Program-made: the position numbers and the translations under genes
The notes under the pieces: generated by a model
The model's database searches: none
Seen by the model: the letters and a program-made list of their open reading frames with translations, nothing else
Told to the model about the DNA's origin: nothing
NCBI GenBank assembly: GCA_964458335.1
Contig: CAYWIJ010000002.1
Location: 26,379 to 90,378, forward strand
Reading direction: 5' to 3'
Source: an uncultured Candidatus Peribacteria bacterium
GTDB lineage: Bacteria > Patescibacteriota > Gracilibacteria > Absconditabacterales > Absconditicoccaceae
Length of the DNA: 64,000 nucleotides
Shown: positions 47,009 to 58,488 of the stretch, in pieces
Layout: each line of letters begins with the position of its first letter
Position numbering within the stretch: position 1 is the stretch's first letter

Positions 47009-47542
47009 TTATTTTAAAAGTGGTTGAATCTCTTCCAATGAGATGGCTGAGATAGCATTTTTTGGTGAACCATCAATGAGCTTGTCAGAGTACACCATAT
47101 AGATAAGGCTATTGGTCGCTGTATCATAAAATCTCACAATCCTAATCTTCTTGAATAGAAGACTGGTATTTTCATTTCGTATCTCTTCAGAAGATTTGAT
47201 GGCTTGTTTAAAGACTATAGGTCAAGTCTGGCGACAAGCTACTGATGCATCAGAAGTATCTTCAGCTATCCCTAATCATCCTTTTACTCCACCAGTTTTA
47301 GCACGAGAATAGAAACAGGTAATCCCATCAATCTTTGGATCAGGAACTCCACCTACTTCTATCTTATGATCTGGTCAAATTCGCTGAAAAGCAGTATCTA
47401 CTGACCCAATCACATATGGCTTATTTGGTGGATTGAGTGGAGAGTAATGGCTCGTACGATGTCCAATACCTTTCGTAATAGCATAGACCACTATAATTAT
47501 GAAAAGAAGAGTCATCATACTTCGTCCTATTTTTTTTAACAT
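47009..47542 (-). CDS. creA: CreA-family protein
   Basis: N-terminal TM/signal segment, then VPDPKIDGITCFYSRAKTGG, ASVACRQTGPI and LIYMVYSDKLIDGSPKNAIS, which is typical of CreA. 177 aa. The frame was hand-scanned. Confidence 0.75.
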
Positions 47543-47614
47543 AGTCGTGAGATAGAAACTAAAAAACCTATCCTAATGATAGGTATAGAAGTTTGGTTTT
47601 CAAGATGAAAATGA

Positions 47615-47824
47615 TTATGATGACTTTTGATCCAACGTGTCGATAAGAGACTGTATATGTTCATAGAGTTCTGGTTTGTCTTTCTGGCTATATGCTCTTT
47701 TGAATGCATCAGCTAATGCTCATCCAGTACATGAAGAGATACGAATTTCATCATTATCAGTTATGTTTTTCTTTTTGTTCATAATACGAACTTTTTCTAT
47801 ATAAGTAATAAGATCAGATGACAT
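47615..47824 (-). CDS. small hypothetical protein
   Basis: Part of track ORF 47720..47929, extended through TGA to TAA 47615-47617. The start is uncertain (47824 or 47782). Confidence 0.35.
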
Positions 47825-48042
47825 GAAGAGAGTGTATTGTGTTATGATAAATAAAAGGATATTTCTTATAGTGATATGTACATAAAAGTCAATAACAATA
47901 TACTTTACAATGTATACTTCAATATCCATAAAAAGTAAAAAATACCATTAGAATGAGGTAAAGTTTAAAAAAATGGCTTGAAATCAAAAAAAAAAAAAGT
48001 TATTATTCTCATAAGCTTTATATTGATAATAAATACAAAAAA

Positions 48043-50409
48043 ATGAAAAAATTATTTTTTTGACTGATGATGAGTGTAGCGATTAGTATGATGTACGTAT
48101 CAGCTGATATGATACCATGAGCATTTGTGACGACATGGAAGACAGACAATCCATGATGAGTTGCTAATCAGATTATCATACCCATCCAATGAGCGTGATA
48201 TAATTATAATATCTATTGGTCAGGAGTAGATAATAGCTATACGGGAGAACTGTTGTGACGTACAGCAGCGACAACGATTACATTTCCAAGTACGGGAACA
48301 TATCAAGTCCAGATCACAGGAGCATTTCCACAGATATATATCAATAGTAATGCGAACACTCGTCAAAAATTACTCAGTGTAGATCAGTGGTGAACAGGAG
48401 TATGGAGAAGTATGCAAAATGCATTCTATGGAGCGAATAATATGGTGATCAATGCGACAGATACTCCAAACTTGAGTACTGTGACGAATATGAGTCAAAT
48501 GTTTAGAGCTGCAACGACATTAGTAGACAATGGATGAGCGATGAATACTTGGGACGTTAGTAAAGTAACTACTATGCAAAGTATGTTTAGTAGTGCAAGA
48601 AATTTTAATCAACCAATTTGAGATTGGGATGTGAGTAATGTAACTACTATGCAAAATATGTTTTATCAAGCAAGTGCATTTAATCAAGATATATGAGATT
48701 GGGACGTGAGTAAAGTAACTACTATGAGACATATGTTTGCTGCTTATGATCCATGAACTGACACTACTTTTAATCAAGATATATGAGATTGGGACGTGAG
48801 TAGTGTGACAGATATGTTGAGTATGTTTCAACATAATATTGCTTTCAACCAACCGTTAAATAATTGGAATGTGAGTAATGTAACTACTATGAATTGTATG
48901 TTTTGCTATAATATTGCTTTCAACCAACCGTTAAATAATTGGGATGTGAGTAAAGTAACTGATATGCAATGAATGTTTTATGGTATGATAAACTTCAACC
49001 AACCGTTAAATAATTGGAATGTGAGTAATGTAATTGATATGTCAATGATGTTTGGAGGTGATGATAGTGAAAGTAGTACTAAAAACTTCAACCAACCGTT
49101 AAATAATTGGGATGTGAGTAATGTAACCACCATGGAAGAAATGTTTTCTGCCGCAAAATCATTCAATCAAAATCTTTGATGATGGAATGTAGAAAAAGTA
49201 AGTAATATGTCTAATATGTTTTCTTGAGCAAAACTTTCCGTAGTAAATTATGATGCCTTATTGAGTGGATGGAATAGCCAGAGCTTAAAAACAGGCGTAA
49301 ATTTCCATGGAGGAGATAGTCAGTATTGTGTATCAGATTTAGAACATACTGATCTCTTTAGTGGATCTCATGGATGGATATTACAATGAGATGGTGGAAT
49401 GAATTGTATACGTGATATACTACTTTCAAAGATAACTATTAATGAAAATCAGACATTGGTAGGGGCGTTATCATTGGATAGATTTAATAATATTCTTTGA
49501 TTATGAACACATATGTATACTCTGATATCTGGAACAGGAGATGAGGACAATAGTCTATTTGTAATTAGTGGAAATCAACTTTCTTTCATTTCAGCACCAG
49601 ATTACGAGAATCCACAAGATCAGTGAGATGGCGTAGGAAATAATACTTATCGTATTAGAATACAAGGAGAAGATGGTAATGATGGATCGATCTTAGAAAA
49701 GATATTTATCATCACTGTTTTGAATATTAGTGAAAGTACAGGATGAGGAGGTGGAGGATATGTGATACCAGATAAAGTAAAAGAGGTAGAAGAAGTAACA
49801 AGAGTAGATCCAACTATCTTCAATCCTAGTATATCATCATCTACCTGTTTTAGTCCACTTAACCAAACAACTATCGACCAGTGAGTGAAGGTAAGTGAAG
49901 CATTCAAAACTGCCCATCAGATGTTATATAGTTATGGATTGACTAAACGAGAAAGGACTGCAGATTATAGACCATATGACTATCTCACGAGAGAAGAAGC
50001 AGCAAGATTTATGGTAGAGTTTGCAGAGAATGTTTTATGTAGAAAGAAAACGAGAACCTACAATAATAATTTTTCAGATCTCGATACTGCTAATCCTACG
50101 TTGATGAAATTTATTAGAGAATCATATAACTATGGAATCTTTAATGGACATACTGATGGTACATTTAAACCTACAGAACGTATTACTAATAATGAATTAG
50201 CTACCACTATGGTAAGACTGATTACGAACTCTTTCTTAGAAGAACCACAAGAAGATCGAGCATTGAATTATAGAAATACTTTATCTTATTATGCAAAAAG
50301 ATCATTATTGAATGATCAAGGTAGAGGAAATATCGCAGAAGCGATCTATGATCTGTATAGAAATAATGAGTATGTTCTGAAAGATATGGGATATGTTATT
50401 AAGAGTTAA
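48043..50409 (+). CDS. surface protein: signal peptide + BspA/DUF285 repeats + cadherin-like domain + SLH domain
   Basis: MKKLFFGLMMSVAISMMYVSA signal. About 9 repeats of FNQP[LI]xxW[DN]VSxVTxMxxMF. Cadherin-like ITINENQ..DEDNSLFVISGNQLSF..PDYENP..TYRIRIQ. C-terminal FSDL..GIFNGHTDGTFKPTERITNNE (SLH-like). 788 aa. The frame was hand-scanned. Confidence 0.85.
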
Positions 50410-50415
50410 GAGTGA

Positions 50416-51030
50416 TTAGTTAAGAGTGAAAAGTCATTTGAGCTCTTCTATAAGTGCTTCATTTCCATCAAATCCTTCAAAAAGATTGTTTAGATAACCG
50501 TCCAAGATAAGTGACTGAGATTCAGACTGGGTCAGACCTCTACTTTGCATATAAAATAACCTCTTTGGATCAAGTCTTTCGATTTTACATCAGTGAGAAG
50601 CACTGACATCACTACTTCTGACATCGAGAATAGGTGCAGTTCTGATTTTTATTTTATTACCGAGGATAAGATTTTCTTCCGAGAGATGTCCAGATACTTT
50701 ACTCACGTTTGGTGCAAGAGTAATATTTCCATGTACATTGATATCAGATTTGTTGTTCAGTAGTGAAAGAATGTAGACATCAGCTTGTGCATGATTTCCA
50801 ATTAAAGAAGTAACGATATTGCTATGGATATGATGTCCTGATTGTCCTAAACACAATACTTTGATTGTAGATTGAGAATGTTCTTCTCCATGGATAGTGA
50901 TATTGACATGAGCATCATCGCGTAAAATTACTAAGTAGTTGAACTCAACATCTACTCAGATCGTTATGTTTTTATCTTCTTCTTTCGTATTGATAATTTC
51001 TATAAGTGTTTGAGATTGAGTGATATTCAT
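50416..51030 (-). CDS. short SufB/SufD-family protein (C-terminal beta-helix only)
   Basis: PILDVRSSDVSASHGCKIERLDPKRLFYMQSRGLTQSESQSLI matches the SufBD core (DDVKCSHGATxG..FYLxSRG). Only 204 aa. Stop is TAA 50416-50418, after one TGA readthrough. Confidence 0.75.
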
Positions 51031-51112
51031 AAGACTGTCTATGACTGAAAACAAAATAGTAGTGCTAGTATAACAAATCTTTTAATAAGTACAAGATATA
51101 ATTTCTTCTTAT

Positions 51113-52264
51113 TTATTCTTGTATGAGATTGGTGAATCTTGCTTCACTATCGTAAGCTCTCGTTTGGATACCAGTGAGTCTTGGAATGACTGCATTGAGG
51201 AAGAGGTACCCTATGATGTTTTTCCTTAAAAGAGGATGTCACTTTGTTCGATAGTTTTGAACCATATTATTGTCACTAAATTCATCTCAAGGAATATCTG
51301 GATTAGTTATGTTTTTATAGTAGAATGATCTTGCAAGACTGAGTGTTTCTGGTATATCAAATAACCCTTTTGGAGGGATTCTCAATATTTTGAATATTCC
51401 AAGTACAAGTTCTGTCGGATCTCGCTGTCCGTATCATCATTGTATTGTGTTGATCATATCATATCCAGCTATAAAGTTCAATGGTAAATTATTGATTTCA
51501 TTTTTTAATATAGTATATTCAGATACGAACGCATTATGAAGTGCTTCTCTAGCAGGAAAATACTGTTCTCCTTGTAGCATAGTGATCAGAAATTGATACT
51601 GCTCTGGACCAGAATTGATAAGATATTCTATATGATTGATGACAATACCTTCTTCGACAATACCGATCAAAAGACTCACGAGTGTTCAACTCTTCTTCAT
51701 CTGTTGAGAAAACCTGAAGAGCGTACGGAAATTATGAGTACACTGTTCTTGTTGTCATTGATGACAGAGTAAAGAAGAATAGAGGCTTCCTACTCTGAAA
51801 ATACTTTGATGTCCATTAAATGATGGTATTGCAGTAGCAAAATCCATTCTTGGAGGATAGAGTTCATATCAGCTGATATAAGAAGCAAGATTATTGAGAT
51901 GATATTCGATAATATCTCTATTATCTCCACTATGAAATAATTCACTATTCTGATCTCGGTAAATTTTTATAATTTTTCATCAGCTTGTCATGCTATAGTT
52001 ATGTAATGATTCTCATTTTATATTATAATTTTGTAAGGTTTTATCGATTACTCAGAGTTTTTCTATTTCAACAGTGGTTGGATTCTGGATTCCATAACTT
52101 TTATTAATGAGATTCCGACTGGAAGGCAAAGTTCTTTCAGGGAGTGTAAAATATTCTTCTCATGGATCGGTGAGTCAATTGAGATTCAGAGGACGATTGT
52201 AGTAGAAAAATCAAATTATAAATGGGATAATCAGTGAAATATAGAAATAATATTCTTTTCTCAT
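51113..52264 (-). CDS. hypothetical membrane-anchored protein
   Basis: 383 aa. N-terminal TM segment YFYISLIIPFIIGFFYY. Includes track ORF 51437..51679. The frame was hand-scanned with no TAA/TAG. Confidence 0.6.
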
Positions 52265-52410
52265 CGTGTGTGGTAGGGTATAAAGTTGTCCTAATGATAG
52301 TGATATTTTTTCTTTTGTCAAAAAAAAGGAAAGTAAAAGAGATAGAAAAGTAACAGGAGTAACAGAGGTAAATACTTGCTGCTTCTACTACTATTTTTAC
52401 TTGCTACTGC

Positions 52411-52665
52411 TTAATTAAACCCATCACTATTTCCATCAGATTTTCTAATTTTTTTATGTCTAATATCTTTTATAATTACTTTGGGATTGTAGTTGTGGAC
52501 GATAGTATTGATATGAATAAGTCGCTCAGACTTTTTAGCAAAAAGAGTAATAATATCTGACTGCTGTGGAAGTTCGACATAGAGGATGTTGTATCTCAGA
52601 TAACCTTCAAGTTGTGGATAGTTGAGCAAAATCGCAAGTTCATTCAAAGCTAGTCTAGCAACCAT
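52411..52665 (-). CDS. small hypothetical protein
   Basis: Track ORF of 84 aa with a TAA stop. No family recognised. Confidence 0.5.
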   Translation of the reverse strand: MVARLALNELAILLNYPQLEGYLRYNILYVELPQQSDIITLFAKKSERLIHINTIVHNYNPKVIIKDIRHKKIRKSDGNSDGFN

Positions 52666-52777
52666 ATGAGGTGTATACTGTTTGCGAGCAAGAGTTGATT
52701 TGATAGAGGAGAAGATGTGATCCAGTCTAGAGTTATCAGTTAAGAGTTAAAAATAATAACATACGTCTTAATGTTTT

Positions 52778-53599
52778 CTATTTATAAATATCAATAATTG
52801 TTTCTACATCTTTTTCAAACTGCTGTGCACCACCTTTATAGGATATATGATGATCTAATATCAGTGTTTTGTAGGTAATTCACAATTGTTCAGCAATATA
52901 CGATCTGAGCTTTCATTTGCTAAGAAATAATTTTACTTCTCGTCCATTGTTTGATTTGATATGAGATCTTATATCTTCCATTATCTTATAAATTTCTTTT
53001 TGTTCTTCAAGAGAAGGAAATACAAATGAGACTTGCTTGTCTTCTATGACAAAGCGTTTTACAAAAATATTATATACTTTTCATTCAAGAAATTTCTCGT
53101 CAAATTTGATAGTGTTTGGTGGTGCGATGATAGTATTAATAACATCTTTCCATTCTGTCTCAAGATAAGATGGTGTTGTTGTTAGTATCTCAGCAGGAAG
53201 AGTTACTTTATCTGTAATATTTGATATCTTGTTATCCTCTTGTGTATCTTGGTGATTATTGGTAAGAGAAGATACAGTATCTCTTTGATTCTTTCCTTCT
53301 GATATTGCAGAATCTCAGTGTGGTAATATAAGAGTTGTACTTATATGGTTATTTATACTATCTTTGATCTGTATGATGTTATGAGAAGAAATTGTGGGTA
53401 CAACTTGTGGTTTCTCCAAAACATTACCTATCTTTTTGTGTGATTGTTGTTGAGCTTGTGCGAGGAGTAGAACATCATTATGGTTATGTATACTATCTAA
53501 TCTATCATAATCTTGTGCAGTGAGAGGATGATCTGTCTGCTTACATCATAATGTACTTCCTACGATCGCAGCTGTTGTGACGATATGTTGTAATTTCAT
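52778..53599 (-). CDS. predicted lipoprotein
   Basis: MKLQHIVTTAAIVGSTLG|C lipobox, with the -1 Gly encoded by TGA. 273 aa. The frame was hand-scanned to TAG 52778-52780. Confidence 0.65.
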
Positions 53600-53726
53600 G
53601 ATTCTCTACTAAATAAATTATTAATGATATGTAAATATAAGGAATTTCTTGATTATTTGCAAGGAGAAGAGAAATAAAAAACACCTACAACGATTATGGT
53701 AAGTGTTTTAATGTAATGATATTTTT

Positions 53727-54281
53727 TTACATAATCTTAAGCTGCTGCTTGAATGCTGTGTAAAACCCTTTATCACTATTTACTAGATATCGCCATGTAT
53801 CAGATAACCAAGAAATATATCTTTCATTAAAGTTCTGTATCTCCGTAATGTGCTCTATTGAGAGCACTGATTTTTTACAGATAAAAATTAACAAGATATA
53901 GTAGGATTTGATCGGATTAAATATCTTGGATCCTGTTTCTTCTGTTTCTTTTATGAGATGATAAATTTTTAATCCTAATTCTTTCCCTGTCCTTAGATTA
54001 TAAGGAAATGGAGGGTAAAATCTTATTCCATATTTCCACAATTGATGAAAAGACCAACACCGAAATCCATAATTAAGAAATCCATATTCATTTGCTTTTT
54101 CCAATAATGAATCTGTGAAATATTCATTTTTGTATTTCCTATCAGAGAATACTCTATAAAATTTTTCTATTTCATAGTTCCTGATGGAATCTACAGATAA
54201 TGGAAGAGTACTTTCTGTTTTTAATATGGTAAATGATACTACCTGATCATTCATCATATCTAATAATTTTTGTTTTTTCAT
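53727..54281 (-). CDS. hypothetical protein
   Basis: Intact 184-aa track ORF with a TAA stop, no TGA, and rich in Trp/Tyr/Phe. No family recognised. Confidence 0.55.
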   Translation of the reverse strand: MKKQKLLDMMNDQVVSFTILKTESTLPLSVDSIRNYEIEKFYRVFSDRKYKNEYFTDSLLEKANEYGFLNYGFRCWSFHQLWKYGIRFYPPFPYNLRTGKELGLKIYHLIKETEETGSKIFNPIKSYYILLIFICKKSVLSIEHITEIQNFNERYISWLSDTWRYLVNSDKGFYTAFKQQLKIM

Positions 54282-54420
54282 TTGATTTAATTATTTAATT
54301 ATTTTATTTGAATATACTATAGATATTTAATAAGATAAAGTCAAGCTTTAATCATTCCATTGTGTTTTTATTAGGTTTTCCTTATAATAATTATATATTT
54401 TTCATTTTTCATTTTTCATT

Positions 54421-55542
54421 ATGCTCATAATCTCCTGTCCTCCGTGACTTGCCCAAATAACCAAAAAAGAACTTACTTATCTGTGATACAAAAGTCAGGT
54501 CAATGGACCAGCAACACTCTTTGTCGAAGACACGACGGAATCTGATATTGCTAAACTTAATATCTGGCTCAGAACTGCCAATAAAATCTCGCTTGTCGTA
54601 GATAGCGGTCAGATAACAACCTTTGATGAATTGTTTGATCTGGTATATGAACAACCTTGGGATAAAATTATTGGTGATAAACAAGTCGTACTCGTCGAAG
54701 CTTCCAGCTATCTTTCTCAGCTTGCGAGTGTCCCAGCGATCCAAAAAATTGTGAAGAAAGCGATCACAAAAAAACTGATGAACGGAACCAATGATATGCG
54801 AGAAGAAGATAAAGAAAAAGGGATCATCTATATCAATGCCATGCTCCATCACAATAAGGTAATACTTTCGCTCAATAGTAGCGGAGATTCACTTCATCGT
54901 CGTGGATATCGTATGAGTACGGGTGATGCTCCGATCAAAGAGACGATTGCTGCAGGATTAGTGATCTCTTCAGGTTGGAAATTTCATGAACAATTCCTTG
55001 ATCCGTGTTGTGGAAGTGGGACAATAGCTATCGAAGCAGCTATGATTGCCAAAAATATTGCACCCTGACTCCAGAGAAGGTTTGCGTTTGAGGATTGGTT
55101 TTGGTATCCTGATAAGTATCTGGTCGACGAAAAAGCAACAGCAAAAGGTCGTCAAGTTCATAAACCTCATGCTATCTTTGGATCAGATATTGACCCAGAG
55201 ATGATCGAAAAAGCGAAAAAAAATGCCAAAAAACTTTGATTAGAAGAAGATGCTATCCAATGGAGTGTACAACCGTGTCAGGATTATCTTTCGTCAGAAG
55301 ATCCTTTAGAAGGAGTAATGGTGACGAACCCTCCTTACGGTATCAGAATGTTGCCAGATGATATTGCTGATATTCACACAAGTTTGTTTGCTCTTGCTGA
55401 ACAATATGACTTGAGTGGTGGTATCATCACCGCTTACGAGCATGCTGATCATTATTGTAAAAATCCTCATCGCCGAAATACCATGATCATCAAGAATGGA
55501 GCTGAAGATACAACATTCTGGAAGAAGAAAGAGGAGAAATAA
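54421..55542 (+). CDS. THUMP-domain class I SAM-dependent RNA methyltransferase (COG0116/RlmL-like)
   Basis: N-terminal MLIISCPPGLAQITKKELTYLGY, LDPCCGSGTIAIEAA and VTNPPYG. 373 aa. ATG 54421 follows an in-frame TAA. Confidence 0.85.
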
Positions 55543-55576
55543 TTGAGAGTTCAGATATTATCTACTAGTTATATCC

Positions 55577-56266
55577 ATGATTATTCGTAATCCACGAGAG
55601 CAAGAATTTCCCTGATTACAATCGTATGTAACGAGTGATTTTGTAGAACCTGCACAACCCAAGATGACACAGACGCACAGTAATAGAGTAGTTGTTGTCA
55701 TGGAGAGAACTCAAGATATTGGGGAAGCTGATGGTATGGTAACGAGTTTGAAAAACCTTGAACTTCATGTTCGTGTGGCTGATTGTGGAAATATCTATGT
55801 CTACGATCCTGTAGCTGCAGTGATTGGGCTCTGTCATAGTGGTTGGAAAGGAGCGCAAGGCAATATCCTGACTCATATGATCACTGCCATGACTTCATTA
55901 TGATCACAACCAGAGCATATCCGTATCCGAACGGGCCCTTGTATTAGTGCTCAAAACTATGAATTCTGACCAGAAGTGAGAGACTTGTTTTCAGAAGAGT
56001 ATTATACTACAGATAGGTCATTGCGAGGAATGAAGCAATCCACTAATAGATTGCCACGCTCCGTTGCACTTCGCTCGCAATGACAAAAGAAGTATTATCT
56101 CAATCTTCCCAAACTTCATCGTGATCAACTTCTCGCAACGTGAGTAGTATCAGAACATATTATTCAGTCAGCTATTTGTACTTTTGATACTCTTGAACTC
56201 CATTCCTATAGAAGAAATGGTCCCAATGCTGGTAGAATAACAGGAAGTATCTGCCAAACTCTATAA
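55577..56266 (+). CDS. pgeF: laccase-domain / YfiH (PgeF) family protein
   Basis: QTHSNRVVVV, ADGMVT, RVADCGNIYVYDP, GLCHSGWKG and HSYRRNG. 229 aa. Contains an in-frame palindromic insert. Confidence 0.8.
56017..56084. repeat. palindromic REP/RPE-like element inside pgeF, read in frame
   Basis: gtcattgcgaggaatgaagcaatccactaatagattgccacgctccgttgcacttcgctcgcaatgac. The 11-bp terminal arms gtcattgcgag/ctcgcaatgac are exact complements. Encodes ..RSLRGMKQSTNRLPRSVALRSQGQ.. Confidence 0.75.
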
Positions 56267-56294
56267 TTTTAATTACTTATGATAATATCAACTG

Positions 56295-56558
56295 ATGGAT
56301 ATATCGCCTTTGATAAAAAACTATATCAATACTACTGGACAGATTACTCAACGACCAAGTAAGCGTTCTCGTCAAGAAGCGATTGTAGCATATCTTGCTG
56401 AACAAATCCCATCAGATTTTACTGGTACGGAAAGTGATATTAATAGGTTCTTAGATCAACGACATACCTTCGGTGATAGAGCTTTGTTGCGTAGAGAGTT
56501 ATATGTTGCTTGATATCTTGGGCGTGCAGCAGATGGAAGCAAGTATTGGAAGATATAA
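56295..56558 (+). CDS. DUF2087-like small protein
   Basis: RPSKRSRQEAIVAYLAEQIP..TESDINRFL...DRALLRRELYVAGYLGRAADGSKYW resembles DUF2087. 87 aa after one TGA readthrough. Confidence 0.6.
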
Positions 56559-56682
56559 AGTGTGCTGTTGAAATATGTGCTAGAAAGGTCTGGAAATAAG
56601 ATAATAGAGCAGAATATTTTCTATTGCACCTATGATTGACATTTCGTATAATTCACTATTTATTTATTGTGATGCTTCTACG

Positions 56683-57912
56683 ATGGGGACAAATATCTTT
56701 CATGAATCCTACACACCACCAGAAAATATTTTATCAAAATATGCTGATATATTAGTTAATTTTTCTCTTCATGGATGAAAATGACTTCAATCATGAGAGA
56801 CGGTAGGATTGAGAATTATGCAACCAGCATTACCCTTATTACCTCATCTTCAACAAGCAATTTTACAAGCATGAGGGAATATATACATCAATTTTGTTCC
56901 TCAATATGGGTTTGATAAAAATCTTTATACCTATGCAAATGATAGACAATTAACTCATCACTTCCCTGATATTGCACATGCTATATTAGAGGCTATTGAT
57001 CATGAAATGGTGATTTATTCTCCTAGCGATCTGAAAGAATTACAACACATTGATATGCAAAAAATAAATCTCCGCTCCTGAACAAATCCTTATTTTAATC
57101 AAAGAGCCAAACTCTTTGATTCATGAAAACTATGATATAATCTTGCATATTATCCCACTGATTCTATGGCAAAAGAGGCAGGAATGACGTTAAAAGAATA
57201 TTGGGATCTGGTAATCCACGCATGCTATCTTGATGAGACTGATCCAGTTGCTTCATGGAAAAATACATTTAAAATGATTCATGAAACAAGAGATAAACTT
57301 ACAGAACTTAAAATTCAATCGCTTCATATTAAAGGAGTTGATGTAGATTTAAAAGTAGAAATCTGATCTGATAGAAAATGGTTGTGAGGTACAGGACGTA
57401 ATATACCTTCTTATGAGACATTTGTATCTCCAGATTGGAGATGAACACAATGACGAGCGCTATTTTCTGAACCACTATATACAAAAGGAACACTGATTTC
57501 AGGAATTAAGTTAGAGTTTCAAAATTGAATTGTAATAAATGCTACAGCAGAACAAGGACAAGAGGTGTTATTACAACTCTTACAAGAAGAAAATTTTAAC
57601 AAGATAGGAGAGTTTAGTTTAACAGACAAAAGACTTTCTCGTATTGATCGTTTCATGGCTGAAACATTGTTTGATGAAAATAGATGATGAGAATTTGGTA
57701 ATTTTCATATTGCTTTAGGAAACTCTTATAAAGACAGTCTCAATCGAGAGAAAGAACAAGAACCTACATCTCAAGATTTTCAGAGCAGATGATTTAATAC
57801 TTCTTGATTGCATAATGATATTGTCTCTACGACTGATAGAAGAGTAACAGCAATATTAGAAAATTGAGAACAAAAAATTATTTATGAAAATGGACAGTTT
57901 ACTTTAGATTAA
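56683..57912 (+). CDS. M29-family aminopeptidase (AmpS/PepS-like)
   Basis: KYADILVNFSLHGGKGLQSGE.., ETFVSPDW, GEFSLTDKRLSRI and FDENRGGEFGNFHIALGNSY. 409 aa. The frame was hand-scanned. An alternative start is at 56632. Confidence 0.85.
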
Positions 57913-57924
57913 TTGAATTCTCTT

Positions 57925-58329
57925 ATGTCAGAAGAAACATCACTTCTTATCAAAGAATATTACAAATCTAATCAGTTTCATAGAGAAATGGAGAATTTTA
58001 CCGTGATGAAAAAAATCGGGAACAACGTATGTGGAGATAGTATCGAAGTGTTTTTGAAGATAGAAGATGCTATTATTACTGATTATTCTTATGCTGGAGA
58101 ATCGTCTCAGATCACGAAAGCAGCAGCAGAATTTTTCTGAGAATACGTCATAGGGATGAAAATCTGAGAGATCCTGACACTTGATGCGGATTGGGTCAGA
58201 GGTGAAGGTTTTGAAGTCTCTCATCGTCGTATCAGATCCAGTGTCTCTGCTATTCTAGCGACCAGAAATGCCATTCATGCATATCTGGATGATGGAATAA
58301 TTGATGAGTATGAGGATTTGATAAATTAA
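57925..58329 (+). CDS. NifU/IscU/SufU-like Fe-S scaffold-domain protein
   Basis: GNNVCGDSIEVFLKI and the ..SSQITKAAAEFF.. pattern. 134 aa. Only one of the usual Cys ligands is evident. Confidence 0.65.
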
Positions 58330-58422
58330 GAATTGGGAATTAAAAATTAGAAATGAGATGTATAATTGCGATGTAGGGACCTAATATGTTACATCTTTTT
58401 TTACCTGATTTTTTATAACTAT

Positions 58423-58456
58423 AAAAAAAGAGACAATCGTATAACGATCATCTCTC
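58423..58456 (-). terminator. rho-independent terminator after the amidase lipoprotein gene
   Basis: The minus strand reads gagagatgatcg-ttata-cgattgtctc followed by a T7 run. Confidence 0.6.
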
Positions 58457-58488
58457 ATGTGTGTCATTTTTCTCTTTTAATTTTTAGG

